64,000 bases of DNA from Pseudomonadota bacterium (GTDB lineage Archaea; Thermoplasmatota; SW-10-69-26; JACQPN01; JAJPHT01): positions 1 to 64,000 of the forward strand of contig JAJPHT010000030.1 in the NCBI GenBank assembly GCA_021325135.1, in the 5' to 3' direction. The notes under the pieces were generated by a model. The model was not told the DNA's origin. It made no database searches and worked only from the letters and a program-made list of their open reading frames with translations. Positions 10,364 through 19,965 of this stretch are shown here, one piece after another. Each line of letters begins with the position of its first letter. The first letter of the stretch is position 1. A program made the position numbers and the translations under genes.

Positions 10364-10457
10364 GGGACGACCTCGCGCCCGGAATTCCGTTGGGCTCTTA
10401 TCCGTTTGTCCCCCCGCGATCCAAGCCAGGGCCGGCTCGCGGTGGCGCCGTGCACGT

Positions 10458-11336
10458 TCATGCCGGCTCCCGGAGGCTCCTGAGGAGGGCAGCCACATGC
10501 TGGGCGAGCACCGTGTCCTCGGTGGGGGCGTTCTCTGTGTCCGTGTGGACGTGTGGGCGGCAGCCGGCCTTGCAGCGCCAGATGGTCTCGTCGCGGAACC
10601 GCGTGGAGACCGTCTCACGGGTCAGGGCGTGGGCCTCGGCGAGCAGCGTGAGCGCGCGAGCCTCCTCGCCGGCCTGAAAGGCGTCGAGGACGGGCTGGTC
10701 CTCGGCGATGGCCGCGGCGCGGCAGGTCTGGCACCAGGGGAGCTCCTCAGGAGAGGGAGCGTCGAGCGGGACGCCGCGGTCGAACCGGCTGTGGGCCACA
10801 TGGTGTGTCTCCTCGGAGAGGCCGCAGCGGGTCCGTGCGAAGCGGATGTAGGCGGAGGCTGCGGAGGCTGGCTGTTGGGTCGGGGGTTCGAAGCGATAGA
10901 CGTGGACGGGGCCCTCGGGGGTGAAGATGAGCACGGGCTTGGGCGTCGTCCGGGGCCGCGGCTCCGAGGGCGGGAGGCTCGTGGGGCGGGCGCGTGTGAG
11001 GAGAGCGAGGCGTTCGCGGGCCTCTTCGAACATCCAGTTGGGGCGAGCGCCTGGGCCGCCTTCCACGTCGCGGCGGGCGTGGTCGTAGGCGCGCACCCAG
11101 GCTTGTTCGACGCTGGCCAGCCAGCCCTGCGGAGGATGGGGCCAGGCTCGGAGGTTCATGATGCCCACCGTGACGCGGTCGCCCATGGCGTACTTCGTGG
11201 ACCACTCGCGGAGTTCTTCGGCGCGCAGAACACACCAGCTCCGGCCGCGGCCGGGATGGATCTCCTCGAGGGTGCCCACGACGCCGTGGCCCAAGACGCG
11301 CTTGCCAATGAGTTTCCTAGCTTCTCTGATCTGCAT
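10458..11336 (-). CDS. Hypothetical protein with C-terminal Zn-finger-like motifs
   Basis: Start MQIREARK placed 17 nt after the motif at 11354; WCQTC and CKAGC. Confidence 0.65.
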   Translation of the reverse strand: MQIREARKLIGKRVLGHGVVGTLEEIHPGRGRSWCVLRAEELREWSTKYAMGDRVTVGIMNLRAWPHPPQGWLASVEQAWVRAYDHARRDVEGGPGARPNWMFEEARERLALLTRARPTSLPPSEPRPRTTPKPVLIFTPEGPVHVYRFEPPTQQPASAASAYIRFARTRCGLSEETHHVAHSRFDRGVPLDAPSPEELPWCQTCRAAAIAEDQPVLDAFQAGEEARALTLLAEAHALTRETVSTRFRDETIWRCKAGCRPHVHTDTENAPTEDTVLAQHVAALLRSLREPA

Positions 11337-11443
11337 GACGAGATTCCCAGGGTCTTGGTTCAGACGACCCTCACAAGGGGCCGTCGCAGGGGGAGTCAAT
11401 GGGCGCGGCCGCTCCTCGGGCAAGGGGCGTGCATGGTGGGTCG

Positions 11444-11838
11444 TCAGGACTTCGGATCGGGCTGCGCGAGGAGCACGAGGTTTCCGTAGGGATCGCGCAC
11501 GACGAATTCCTTGAACCCGTAGTCCTTGAGGGCGAGGTGCCCCACGACGATGCCCTTCGCGCGGCACGACTCGTACAACGCTTCGATCCCCTCCTTCACG
11601 CCGATCCAGCAAACGCCGCAGTGCCGCCGCCGGAAGGCGCGCTGGAACCACGTCTCTTCGGCCCCGTTGAAGTGAAGGCTCACGCCCTCGCGCGTCACGA
11701 TCATGAAGCCGCCATCCTCGTAGGTCGGCTCGAAGCCGAGGATGGCGTAGAACGCCTTCGTGGCCTGGAAATCCTGCGCGAGCATGCGAGGGGAAACGCT
11801 CTCCAGTTTCCACGAGGCCGGACGCTGAGCCATCATGA
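11444..11838 (-). CDS. VOC/glyoxalase/bleomycin-resistance family protein
   Basis: VSPRML..D...TKAFY.ILGF ... YGFKEFVVRDPYGNLV. Confidence 0.85.
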
Positions 11839-12047
11839 TGCCATCGAGCCAATCGGGCGGGTTTGAGTATTCCGGTGGACCGAAGGATCGGACACGTGCC
11901 CATGGCAAGACCGACCCGCGTGTTGCTCGGGGACGTTGTGAACCGCGCTCGGGCTACGCCTCGGGGCAAGAGCCCCCGTGTGGCTCGCCTGGGTACGCGC
12001 GGCAGAACGCGCACCGGCCTTTCCCCGTGAAGGTGGCCCGCGGGTGC

Positions 12048-12308
12048 TCAGGCATCGCGGATCATCTCCTGGATGGTTTCCGGCTTTGGCCGCGCTGCGT
12101 GTCCGCGTTCTTCGGGGAGCCCGTAGGGTTCGTGGCCCCAACTGTTGTGGCCGTAGTAGAGGGGGTCGAAGGCGATGGGTTCGGGACAGCCCGCGCAGTG
12201 GGCCACGAAGAAGGTCTCGATGGTGTGACTCGCCAGCGTCGCTTGCGAGCCCTGATCGTGGCCTCCTTGGGGGGTGGGCGGCGCGGGGTTAACTTGGTCT
12301 TGGGTCAT
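12048..12308 (-). CDS. Hypothetical protein (CxxC)
   Basis: ATGA-coupled to the glycosidase; HCAGC. Confidence 0.45.
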   Translation of the reverse strand: MTQDQVNPAPPTPQGGHDQGSQATLASHTIETFFVAHCAGCPEPIAFDPLYYGHNSWGHEPYGLPEERGHAARPKPETIQEMIRDA

Positions 12309-13615
12309 TGCGCGGGGGGCTCCTGCAGCGGAGCGGGGAGTGATCCGGGCTCGGGGAGATAGGCTTGCTGGTGGCTCGCCGGGGCCGTGACAGCGTCTTG
12401 AGGGCTCGGGATGGGAAGATCGGATGGGGAGGTTGCCTCAAGGTAGAGGCCTGCGCTCATGGTGAAGCCGTGCTCGGTGGCGATCCAAGGCGTCGCGAAG
12501 GGCCGCCCTTCGTCGTCCAAGGTCTCAATGAAGTTTCCCAGGGCGGAGGTGAGCCTGCGGATGGGCGTGAGTTGGTGCTGCCAGGGGAGGTCGTTGCGTT
12601 GCAGGCCGATGACGTGCATGAGGCCCCAGTGGAGCCAGCGCGTCGAGTGGTACGCTGGCGCCAGGCGCGTCGCGAGAGGAAATTCATCGCGTGTGTAGGC
12701 TCCCTCTCGCGTCCGCATCCCGATCGGCGTTGCGAGGAGGCTCGTCTCAAGCGAGGTGGCGATCCGTCTCCTGACGTGTCTGGGCAGCAGGCCGTGGTAG
12801 AGGGCGGGCACGTTGGCGTCCGCGCTGAGGTAGTCCCCGCTGCGCGCGTGGTCGCGCAGGTGTGCGCCCGTCCAGCGCGAGGCCAGGAGCGCCTTCTCGT
12901 CGGGCCCTTCGCCCGCGAGGTCGAGCCGGCGCGCGGCTTGGGCGGCGCGGAGGCCCATGAGGTTGTTGTACGTGCTGCTGGGGCGGGGCACGGTGTCCAT
13001 CCAGTCGCCCGTGACTTCCTCGCGGATCAGGCCGGTGGTGGGGTCGAGGTGCGCGGCGCGCCAGTCGTCCCACGCCTTCTGGAGGTCGCGATGGTGGTCC
13101 GCCACGAAGGCCGGGTCGTCGAGGCGGTCCACCATGTGGAGGAGCCAGGGAAGGCCATCGGCGCGCGGCCAGGGGAGGTCGTGCCAGCCCTTTGGGGTGA
13201 AGCAGGTGGGCACGCGGCCCACGCGCGCGCTGGTGCGGACGACGCGCGAGAGGAGCCCGGCGAGGTACTCGACGGAAAGGGCTTCTCGGGCGCCATTGAA
13301 GGCCTTGCCGGTGTCGGCGACCCACATCGCGTGGAAATGGCCCTCCCCGGCGCGCAGGATTGCGCCTGCGTTGCGTCGGAGCACGAGGCGCGCCACGTCG
13401 TTGGGTGTGCCGCCGTCGAGTCGAGGAATCCCATCGCGTCGGATGGCTTGCGCGTCGAGGAGCGTACGGAAGCTCGTCGTAAAGGCGTGCCTTGTGAGGG
13501 TATAGGGTCCGACCTTCATGGAGCGCGTCTCCAAACAGAATTTGGTTGGCGCGTGTGCACCAACATAAGGATGAGGGCTGAACCCCCCGGTTCGAGGGTA
13601 GATGCTGAAGCGCAT
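12305..13615 (-). CDS. Six-hairpin glycosidase-like protein (amylo-alpha-1,6-glucosidase/GH63-like)
   Basis: MWVADT, RADGLPW, GDWMDT..R.SSTYNN, YH...W.H and FIE patterns; motif 16 nt upstream of the ATG. Confidence 0.6.
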   Translation of the reverse strand: MRFSIYPRTGGFSPHPYVGAHAPTKFCLETRSMKVGPYTLTRHAFTTSFRTLLDAQAIRRDGIPRLDGGTPNDVARLVLRRNAGAILRAGEGHFHAMWVADTGKAFNGAREALSVEYLAGLLSRVVRTSARVGRVPTCFTPKGWHDLPWPRADGLPWLLHMVDRLDDPAFVADHHRDLQKAWDDWRAAHLDPTTGLIREEVTGDWMDTVPRPSSTYNNLMGLRAAQAARRLDLAGEGPDEKALLASRWTGAHLRDHARSGDYLSADANVPALYHGLLPRHVRRRIATSLETSLLATPIGMRTREGAYTRDEFPLATRLAPAYHSTRWLHWGLMHVIGLQRNDLPWQHQLTPIRRLTSALGNFIETLDDEGRPFATPWIATEHGFTMSAGLYLEATSPSDLPIPSPQDAVTAPASHQQAYLPEPGSLPAPLQEPPAQ

Positions 13616-13781
13616 GGAGATGTTCCTGGAACTTCGTTCACCGAGGAGTGCCGTGAGCCCCTGGCCATCAGGGCTTCAGGTGCGCCTTCTTGCTGATCGC
13701 CTCAATCCGGGCGTCGAGCACCTCTTTGGCTTGGGCGTGGGCTTGGTCCAATGCTGGGCAATCGCGCTTGCTGCGCTTGGC

Positions 13782-14582
13782 CTACGCTACGGGGTCGTCC
13801 GGGCGAAGCTTCGAGTGAATGATGACTTCACGGGCATTCTGGTCAGCCAGGAGCCCTGCCGCTTGGATGATGTCCTCGACGATGCGTGCAGCCTCTCCCA
13901 AGGTCTTCACTCTCGCATGCTGGGCTGCGCATCCGCCGGGGCCCGCACCGCTTTCCCAGACGGTGTAGCCCTCCCGGGGATCGCGTCGGGACCGGGTATG
14001 ACACTCGTAGTCGATGAAGAAGCCCTCTGCGCCGCCGAACCAGAAGCGGATTGCGTTGCCGAAGGCTTCCGCGTGGCGGATGCTGTGGGGGAGGCGGAAG
14101 GCGTGCTGGTGGCCGTAGAGGCATTCGATGCGGACCCGCTTGAGGGGGAGCCTCTTGGGATGGCCCTTCGTGGGGTGGAGGGGGCGGTTCGCGCGCGGCG
14201 TGTTGACCCAACCGAGGAGGATCTCGCGGTCGTGGGCGCGCTCGTGCCCGTTGCAATTGCCCAGGAGGAGGCGGGTCCAGTCGGCGAGGCTGAAGTCGCA
14301 GCGCGCGCCGTTGAGGTAGTGCGGATAATGGGGCTGCTCGGCGGGTCCCAGGATGGCGGGGGGCAGGGCGGGGACGTTGAAGTCCACGGGTCCGGGCGGA
14401 ACGGGGTTCTCCCACGCCGGGTCATCGCGCATGCTCTCGGAGTAGGCTGCGAGGTAGGCCTCGCGGTTGGCCTCCGCGAGACGACCGAGAACCTCCGTGG
14501 CCTCTTGAGAAGGGACACCGATCTTGACGAGGTGGTCGCGCAGGCCCACGATCTCGCCGTCGGAAAAGTCCCACGTGCTCAT
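13782..14582 (-). CDS. Hypothetical protein
   Basis: 266 aa; ATGA-coupled. Confidence 0.7.
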   Translation of the reverse strand: MSTWDFSDGEIVGLRDHLVKIGVPSQEATEVLGRLAEANREAYLAAYSESMRDDPAWENPVPPGPVDFNVPALPPAILGPAEQPHYPHYLNGARCDFSLADWTRLLLGNCNGHERAHDREILLGWVNTPRANRPLHPTKGHPKRLPLKRVRIECLYGHQHAFRLPHSIRHAEAFGNAIRFWFGGAEGFFIDYECHTRSRRDPREGYTVWESGAGPGGCAAQHARVKTLGEAARIVEDIIQAAGLLADQNAREVIIHSKLRPDDPVA

Positions 14583-14974
14583 GCAGGGCCTCCCAGGCGC
14601 TTGAGCCCGGGGACTTGTTCGTCGGAGACGACGCGCAAATGGGTAATCGGGCGGTCTGGGGGTCCGCTCTGGCGGGTGAGCAGCATCGCGACGACGCTGA
14701 CGCGCTCGACCTCGTAGGTGTGCCCGTCCACGTCGAGCACGCGTTCGCCCACGCTGAAGCTCAGGATGCTCGTGCTGGGGAATTGGACGCCGCGCGAGCG
14801 TGCCGTCTCAATGAGCCGCTGGGTCGCTTCGAGCCGTTCGCGGTGCGCTTGCAGATCGGTGGCGCGTCGGCCGCGCTCGTGCTCTTGGAACGTCTTCTCG
14901 AATTGCAGGAGGATGCTGCGTTCTTGGGCAATCCGGTGGAGGAGGTTCTCGTCGGTAGGAATGGCAGGATCCAT
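14579..14974 (-). CDS. Hypothetical protein (coiled N-terminus, beta-rich C-terminus)
   Basis: Motif 16 nt upstream of the ATG. Confidence 0.7.
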   Translation of the reverse strand: MDPAIPTDENLLHRIAQERSILLQFEKTFQEHERGRRATDLQAHRERLEATQRLIETARSRGVQFPSTSILSFSVGERVLDVDGHTYEVERVSVVAMLLTRQSGPPDRPITHLRVVSDEQVPGLKRLGGPA

Positions 14975-15013
14975 GTTGGTGGCTGATGGGCTTCGTCCAC
15001 GCTGGCGGGGTAG

Positions 15014-16009
15014 TTACTGTATGGTGAGGCCGCGGATGCTGAGGCCCTTGACGCGGGGGTGGCGGGGGTCCTCGGCGACGGCGCGTTCCCAGGCCACGTC
15101 GGCCTTCACGATGCCTGGCTCGATCCAGCACCGGAGGGGCTTGCGGATCTCCGGCGTCTCCACAAGAGGGCAGGTCTCGCGCTGGGCGGTGGAGAGCTCG
15201 GCAAGGATGGCCGCGATCTGGGTGTGCGTGATGCCGCTGCCGGCGCGGCCGTGGTATTGCCAGCCGCGCTCCGTCTTCTTCGCGAGGATGAGACTCCCGA
15301 GGTCCTCGCGTGCGCCCGTGCCTTGCGTGAGGCCCACCACGTCGAGGTTGTCACGGTGGTTGCCGGCCTTGGCCTTCAGCCACTGCTTGCTCTTCTGGCC
15401 TGGCTTGCAGGGTTCGTAGGGCGCATGGCGATTCTTCACCATGATGCCCTCGCCCCCGATGCGCACCATCCGCTCGTAGAGGTCCACCACGCGCGGGGTG
15501 ACCTCGCTGAACTGCACGCGCGGCGCGGGGCGCAGGATCTTGCGGAGCAGCGCGTGGCGCGCCTCGTAGGAGTGGCTCATCGTGGAGACGCCGTTGACTT
15601 CGAGGATGTCGAAGACGACGTAAGTCATGGGGTTGCGGATCGCGTCGAGGGTGATCCCGTCGCGGTCCGTCTGAGGACGCTGCTGCACGGCGTGGAACTC
15701 CATCATCGAGCCAGTCGGGTCGAGCAGGCCGATCTCGCCGTCGAGCACGATGGATTTGTGATCCTTCAGGATAGCGGGCAGCGCCTCGATGATCTCGGGG
15801 AAGCGGTGGCGCTGGTCCGCGCCGGGCTGGTGAGGCTTGCTGGGGCGGCCGCGCAGTTCCACCACGCGGCCGGCTTCGATGCGGGTGAGGCCTCGCAGGC
15901 CGTCCCACTTGATTTCGGCCAGGTGGGCGCCGGTGCGTTCGAGGCTCTCCAGGATCGCGTGGACGTGGTCAGCACCGATCGAAGAGGCGAGCATGCAATC
16001 AGGAATCAT
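15014..16009 (-). CDS. ATP-dependent DNA ligase (LigD/LigC-type ligase + OB domain)
   Basis: EIKWDGLR (KxDG), LDGEI, YVVFDIL, GEGIMVK, WLKAK, G.AGSG, PRHP. Start at 16009 preferred (MLA motif follows); 16078 is possible. Confidence 0.93.
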   Translation of the reverse strand: MIPDCMLASSIGADHVHAILESLERTGAHLAEIKWDGLRGLTRIEAGRVVELRGRPSKPHQPGADQRHRFPEIIEALPAILKDHKSIVLDGEIGLLDPTGSMMEFHAVQQRPQTDRDGITLDAIRNPMTYVVFDILEVNGVSTMSHSYEARHALLRKILRPAPRVQFSEVTPRVVDLYERMVRIGGEGIMVKNRHAPYEPCKPGQKSKQWLKAKAGNHRDNLDVVGLTQGTGAREDLGSLILAKKTERGWQYHGRAGSGITHTQIAAILAELSTAQRETCPLVETPEIRKPLRCWIEPGIVKADVAWERAVAEDPRHPRVKGLSIRGLTIQ

Positions 16010-16135
16010 GACTTTCTCCAGACTGAGTTGGGTCTTGGTCCATGTGCGGGGGGCCTTAGGAGATGACTGCGCGATCATCGGCGATCTTCTCGTGTTCGGC
16101 AAGCTTGTGCAATCGGTTGTCCTTCTCCTCCCCGC

Positions 16136-16603
16136 TTATCTCTTGATCCTGCCCATCACGAGGGCGAAGCCGCCCTCGTAGGGGTAGAGCCGGTTCCCGC
16201 TGGGAAGTTCGCGGGCTGGTTCCGCGAGGCCGAGCAAGGCCGCGGCGGGGAATTCGGCGTCACGAACATGGGGTAGGTGCGTGTCTATGGCGAGAAGGGC
16301 GTCGGGCTCGCTCGCGATGGCGACCGTCATCCCGTAGTTGCCTCGGACGTTCGGGTCGAGCGCCAGGCCTGGGACGCGGAGGGGTTTGGGTTGGAACGTG
16401 CGGGTGCGCGCCTCCTCGACGCCGGGCAGCAGGCTGGCGCGGTCGATTGCTTCTTGGAGGACCATGAAGCCGGCTCCGTTAGGGAGGACGAAGATGGGCA
16501 TGCTCGATGGGCCCTCGGCGTGGATGAAACGGAGCGCGGGGTCCTTCTCCTCGTAGGAGCCGCGAGGAGGCGGTCGAGGTCCATGCGCGCTGTGCGTGCT
16601 CAT
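16136..16603 (-). CDS. Hypothetical protein
   Basis: ATGA-coupled start MSTH. Confidence 0.6.
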   Translation of the reverse strand: MSTHSAHGPRPPPRGSYEEKDPALRFIHAEGPSSMPIFVLPNGAGFMVLQEAIDRASLLPGVEEARTRTFQPKPLRVPGLALDPNVRGNYGMTVAIASEPDALLAIDTHLPHVRDAEFPAAALLGLAEPARELPSGNRLYPYEGGFALVMGRIKR

Positions 16604-16905
16604 GGGAGTAGCTCCTCGCACGCGGGCTCCGAGGGGTCGTAGGATATCAGGCCTTCAGCGGTGGGGGGCGTCTTCATCATGCTGGGCACGATGCGCAGGT
16701 TGAGGAGGGCCTCGAAGTCGAGCGTGTTCTTAACGACGCCAGCTTGGGCGAGGATCTCGTCAGGCAGGGAGTTGTAGTACGTTTGCGTGTCGTGGCGGGC
16801 GTTCTTGGTGAGCCCCATGATGGAGGCGGCGAGGCGCCACTTCCAGTGTCGCTTCAGGAGGAGGGCGAGGTGGAGCTTGTGGGTGGAAATCGTTTGGCTT
16901 GGCAT
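16600..16905 (-). CDS. Hypothetical protein
   Basis: Motif variant 18 nt upstream. Confidence 0.65.
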   Translation of the reverse strand: MPSQTISTHKLHLALLLKRHWKWRLAASIMGLTKNARHDTQTYYNSLPDEILAQAGVVKNTLDFEALLNLRIVPSMMKTPPTAEGLISYDPSEPACEELLP

Positions 16906-16958
16906 GGGATTGGATCCGTTGGGCTTTGTTCACAACGGGCCGGGGAGCACGCTAGGCA

Positions 16959-17348
16959 TTAGGTGCGGGCTTGGAAGCCGGGGGGTGCCCAGATGCCGCG
17001 GATGCCCGGCGGTCCAGCGGTGGCTATTGCAGGAACGTGGCCGCGGCTGGTGACGTAGGCGTCCACGCGCACATCGGCGTGGTCGAGCGCGCGGAGCAGT
17101 GCGTCGTGGACGGCGAGGGCGATCTCCTCGAGGGTCGTCGGCGCGCTCCGCGTCATTTGCTTCACAGCTCGGGCCAGGCTGTCGAACTCGGGCACACTCT
17201 TGTGCGTGAGGTAGGTGACGACGATGGCCCCGTGGAAGCGCTTCTTGTTCACGCGGCAGCGGGCCTTGTACCGGATCACGAGGCCGCCACTGCGGAGCCC
17301 GGCGCCGTCCAGTCGCAGCGCCTCGACGCGGCATCCGTCCGTGGTCAT
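16959..17348 (-). CDS. QueF-like (T-fold) protein
   Basis: Y.ARC......F.G.IVVTY......EFDSL ... TLEEIALAVHDAL.......VRV pattern of unimodular QueF/QueF-L; ATGA-coupled. Confidence 0.5.
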   Translation of the reverse strand: MTTDGCRVEALRLDGAGLRSGGLVIRYKARCRVNKKRFHGAIVVTYLTHKSVPEFDSLARAVKQMTRSAPTTLEEIALAVHDALLRALDHADVRVDAYVTSRGHVPAIATAGPPGIRGIWAPPGFQART

Positions 17349-17707
17349 GAGCGACCTCCCGAGGCATTGCAGGCGTCGCGCCATGCCTGCGCGTCGCGGC
17401 TCGTGGTCGGCGTGAGCATGGCCAGCAACCGGCTGCTGGCGCCGTGCTGGGCGGGTCCCATCATCTCGGTCATGCACTTCAGGTTGAGCCAGTCTCGCGT
17501 GCGGTGGATCAGCACGACACCCGCGAAGACGCGGCGTTCACCCATCTCGATGCGCTCGATGGCGAGGTAGGCGACACGCTCTCCCCTGTGGAGACGGCCT
17601 TCGTAGTGGAGAACGCGCTGGGACGTCTCGCCTTCCGTCCAGGTGTGGCGCGCTTCGACGAGGGCGCGCGTGGGGTGGCCATGGTGCTGCTCTCCGTCCC
17701 ACCCCAC
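17345..17707 (-). CDS. DUF6927-like protein (short)
   Basis: GGAGG + GTG start, MGW...YLAIE.....VFAGVVL......LKCMTEMMGP ... AWRDAC. Confidence 0.6.
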   Translation of the reverse strand: MGWDGEQHHGHPTRALVEARHTWTEGETSQRVLHYEGRLHRGERVAYLAIERIEMGERRVFAGVVLIHRTRDWLNLKCMTEMMGPAQHGASSRLLAMLTPTTSRDAQAWRDACNASGGRS

Positions 17708-17816
17708 TATGCTCCCTCCGTTGGAGGCGTAGTTCTCTGGGGACTCTTGTGGATGTAAGATCGGTTGGTCATGGTTGCTGATCGGATCGGCTTGGTCCAC
17801 GCTCGTCTCCAGGACG

Positions 17817-19058
17817 TCAGGATGGCTTGGTGATCACGAGGATGCGCGTGGCAACGTCGGTGGAGTTCTCGCTCTTGGCGAAGCTCTGGGGCGGCAGGCG
17901 CTCGCTCTCGCTGTCCAGTCGGTCGAGCCAGTCGCGGAAGTTGCTGGCCTTCCGGTCGCTGCGAAAGAAAGGTCCCTCGCTCATCACGCTGACCACGATT
18001 CCGCCGGGGGAGAGGAGCTCGTAAGCGTGCTGGACGTGGTCGATGTCCTGGCCCTTTTCGAAGGGCGGGTTCATCACGATGCGGTCGTAGACCTCGCCGG
18101 GCGCGTGCTCCAGGAAATCGCCGTCGGGGAGGAGGTTGAATCCTTTCAGCGTGAGGATCTCCCGAAGGCGTCCTTGGAGTTCGATGACGCTGAGGAGCGC
18201 CATGGGGTGGGTCTCGCGGATGGCCTCGGCGATGTTTCCCTTCCCGGCGCTTGGCTCCAAGACGCGGTCGCCGGGCTGGATGCACGCCCTCTCCAGAAGC
18301 TGCTCTACGACGGGAGGCGGGGTGGGGAAGTAGCCTGGGATCTTCATCCCGAAGAGGTCGCGTTCCAAGTCGCGGATCTTCTGCTGGGTGAGCGTGAGCG
18401 TGGGGACGGGGGTCAGGAGGCTCTCGAGCTCCCGCTTGGCTTGCGCCCACGTGGCCTCGGTGTCGAGGCCGGCCTCCCGCAATCGCTGCGAGTGCATGAG
18501 GTCCTCGACCGTGCCGCGGCTGCCACGACCCGCCTTGGCGAGGGCGCGGGCGACGCGGAGCGCGGCCTCCAAGTCCTTCGCATCGTCGAGCCGGATCAGC
18601 TCACCATCGGGATCGAGGGGCGCGCGCCGGAGGCGCTCCTGATCCTGCTTGAACTCCTCTGGAACCTCGCCCTGGAGCATCTCGCGCTGGCTCCACTGGT
18701 AGAGAGCCGCGCGCCGGTAGTACCTGGCGAGGACTTCTTCGACGTGAGCGCGCGTCTTCAGGCCGGCCAGGAGCGGGTGGATTGAGCCAGCCTCGTGGGC
18801 CAAGGCGAGGGCGCGGAGGGCGTTCTGGATGCTGCGCAGCTTCTTGGCATCGCTTCGCAAGCCGTCAAGGATGCCGAGCCGCCGGCGCGTGGGGTTCTGG
18901 TGGCCGATGGGAGGATCCTCCTTGTGCTGGATCGTGGCCTCCATGGCGTCGGCAAGGCGGCGCAGCTTCGCCGCGAGTCGAGCGGCTGCCGGAGCGGGCT
19001 TGACCGGCGTCGGGCCTACGTGGGGGGAAGGCGTGGGTGGAGTGGTTTCGGTCGTCAA
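17817..19058 (-). CDS. Orphan N6-adenine DNA methyltransferase with helical N-terminal extension (plasmid/ICE type)
   Basis: GYFPTP, VLEPSAGKG, DFL, IVMNPPF; TTG start 16 nt after the motif. Confidence 0.88.
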   Translation of the reverse strand: MTTETTPPTPSPHVGPTPVKPAPAAARLAAKLRRLADAMEATIQHKEDPPIGHQNPTRRRLGILDGLRSDAKKLRSIQNALRALALAHEAGSIHPLLAGLKTRAHVEEVLARYYRRAALYQWSQREMLQGEVPEEFKQDQERLRRAPLDPDGELIRLDDAKDLEAALRVARALAKAGRGSRGTVEDLMHSQRLREAGLDTEATWAQAKRELESLLTPVPTLTLTQQKIRDLERDLFGMKIPGYFPTPPPVVEQLLERACIQPGDRVLEPSAGKGNIAEAIRETHPMALLSVIELQGRLREILTLKGFNLLPDGDFLEHAPGEVYDRIVMNPPFEKGQDIDHVQHAYELLSPGGIVVSVMSEGPFFRSDRKASNFRDWLDRLDSESERLPPQSFAKSENSTDVATRILVITKPS

Positions 19059-19206
19059 GAGAATCGAGATAGGGCTTCGTCCAGCATCGCGTGGTGGAAT
19101 GTGAAGGGGTTGCGCGTCGCCCGCGAGGCGGCGCGCTGCGCAAGGGGGGTCGAGGGAAAGGGTCGGCCCGACCACAATCCTCACGAGCCGCCGGTCCGAG
19201 GGCCCG

Positions 19207-19725
19207 TTACGGCGCGTCAGGATCTGCGCTTGCAGGCGGGATGGTATGGTTGGTCGTGTCGAAGGGGGCGAGGACGAGGTGTCCGAAGCGGCGCTGGCAC
19301 GATTCGGGGTCCACGAGTTCGGGAAGGAGGCCGTCTCCGATGTTGGGATCGTGGCTTCCTTCGGCGTAGTCCAAAACGAGGGGGCGCGGCGTCATGGCGT
19401 GGAAGAGGCGAAGGATGTCTTCGAGTTGCACGTCGAAGCGCGTGATCGTTTCGCGGTTCCAGTCCATCGGCCCGAGATCCAGAAGCTTCTGCTCGATGGA
19501 CCAGAGGCGCCAGCGCTCGGGCCCTGCGGGGACGACGCGGACGAGCAGCGCCGCCCAGAAGGTTTGGAACCAGTCAGCACCTACGGGGTGGTCGTCGACC
19601 GTGTACGTACCTCCGTTCTGCGTGCAGTAGCCGTGCCAGCAGCAGGCGGCCGTGCCGGCGCGGAAGCTCATGAGGATCGCGTACTGAGGGACAGGCGTGG
19701 CGGGAAGAATGTCGGTGCTGACCAT
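19207..19725 (-). CDS. Hypothetical protein
   Basis: Motif 17 nt upstream. Confidence 0.65.
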   Translation of the reverse strand: MVSTDILPATPVPQYAILMSFRAGTAACCWHGYCTQNGGTYTVDDHPVGADWFQTFWAALLVRVVPAGPERWRLWSIEQKLLDLGPMDWNRETITRFDVQLEDILRLFHAMTPRPLVLDYAEGSHDPNIGDGLLPELVDPESCQRRFGHLVLAPFDTTNHTIPPASADPDAP

Positions 19726-19965
19726 GGTCTGGACTCGAGGGGCTTCGTCCAGATGACTCAGATCGCCTTGGCCGGCCGCCCGCGTGCCGCGGCATGCACA
19801 CGGATCTCTGGCGGGCGCGGTTAGGAGCGCTGCAGGGGTTCGAGGATGGGCTGCATCCTCCACTCGACCCGGAAGCGGGCGCGCAGCTCGCGGCGGGGCA
19901 GGTCCAGCGTGAGGGTCGGGTCGAGGAAAGCAGACGCTGCGTGCCCGACGCTGGCAGACGATGCG

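Noticed and set aside
14988-14999. Motif as a hammerhead ribozyme core, sigma54 -24 box or LexA box
   Set aside because: Lacks the CUGAUGA and GAAA core, lacks TGGCAC-N5-TTGC, and lacks dyad symmetry.
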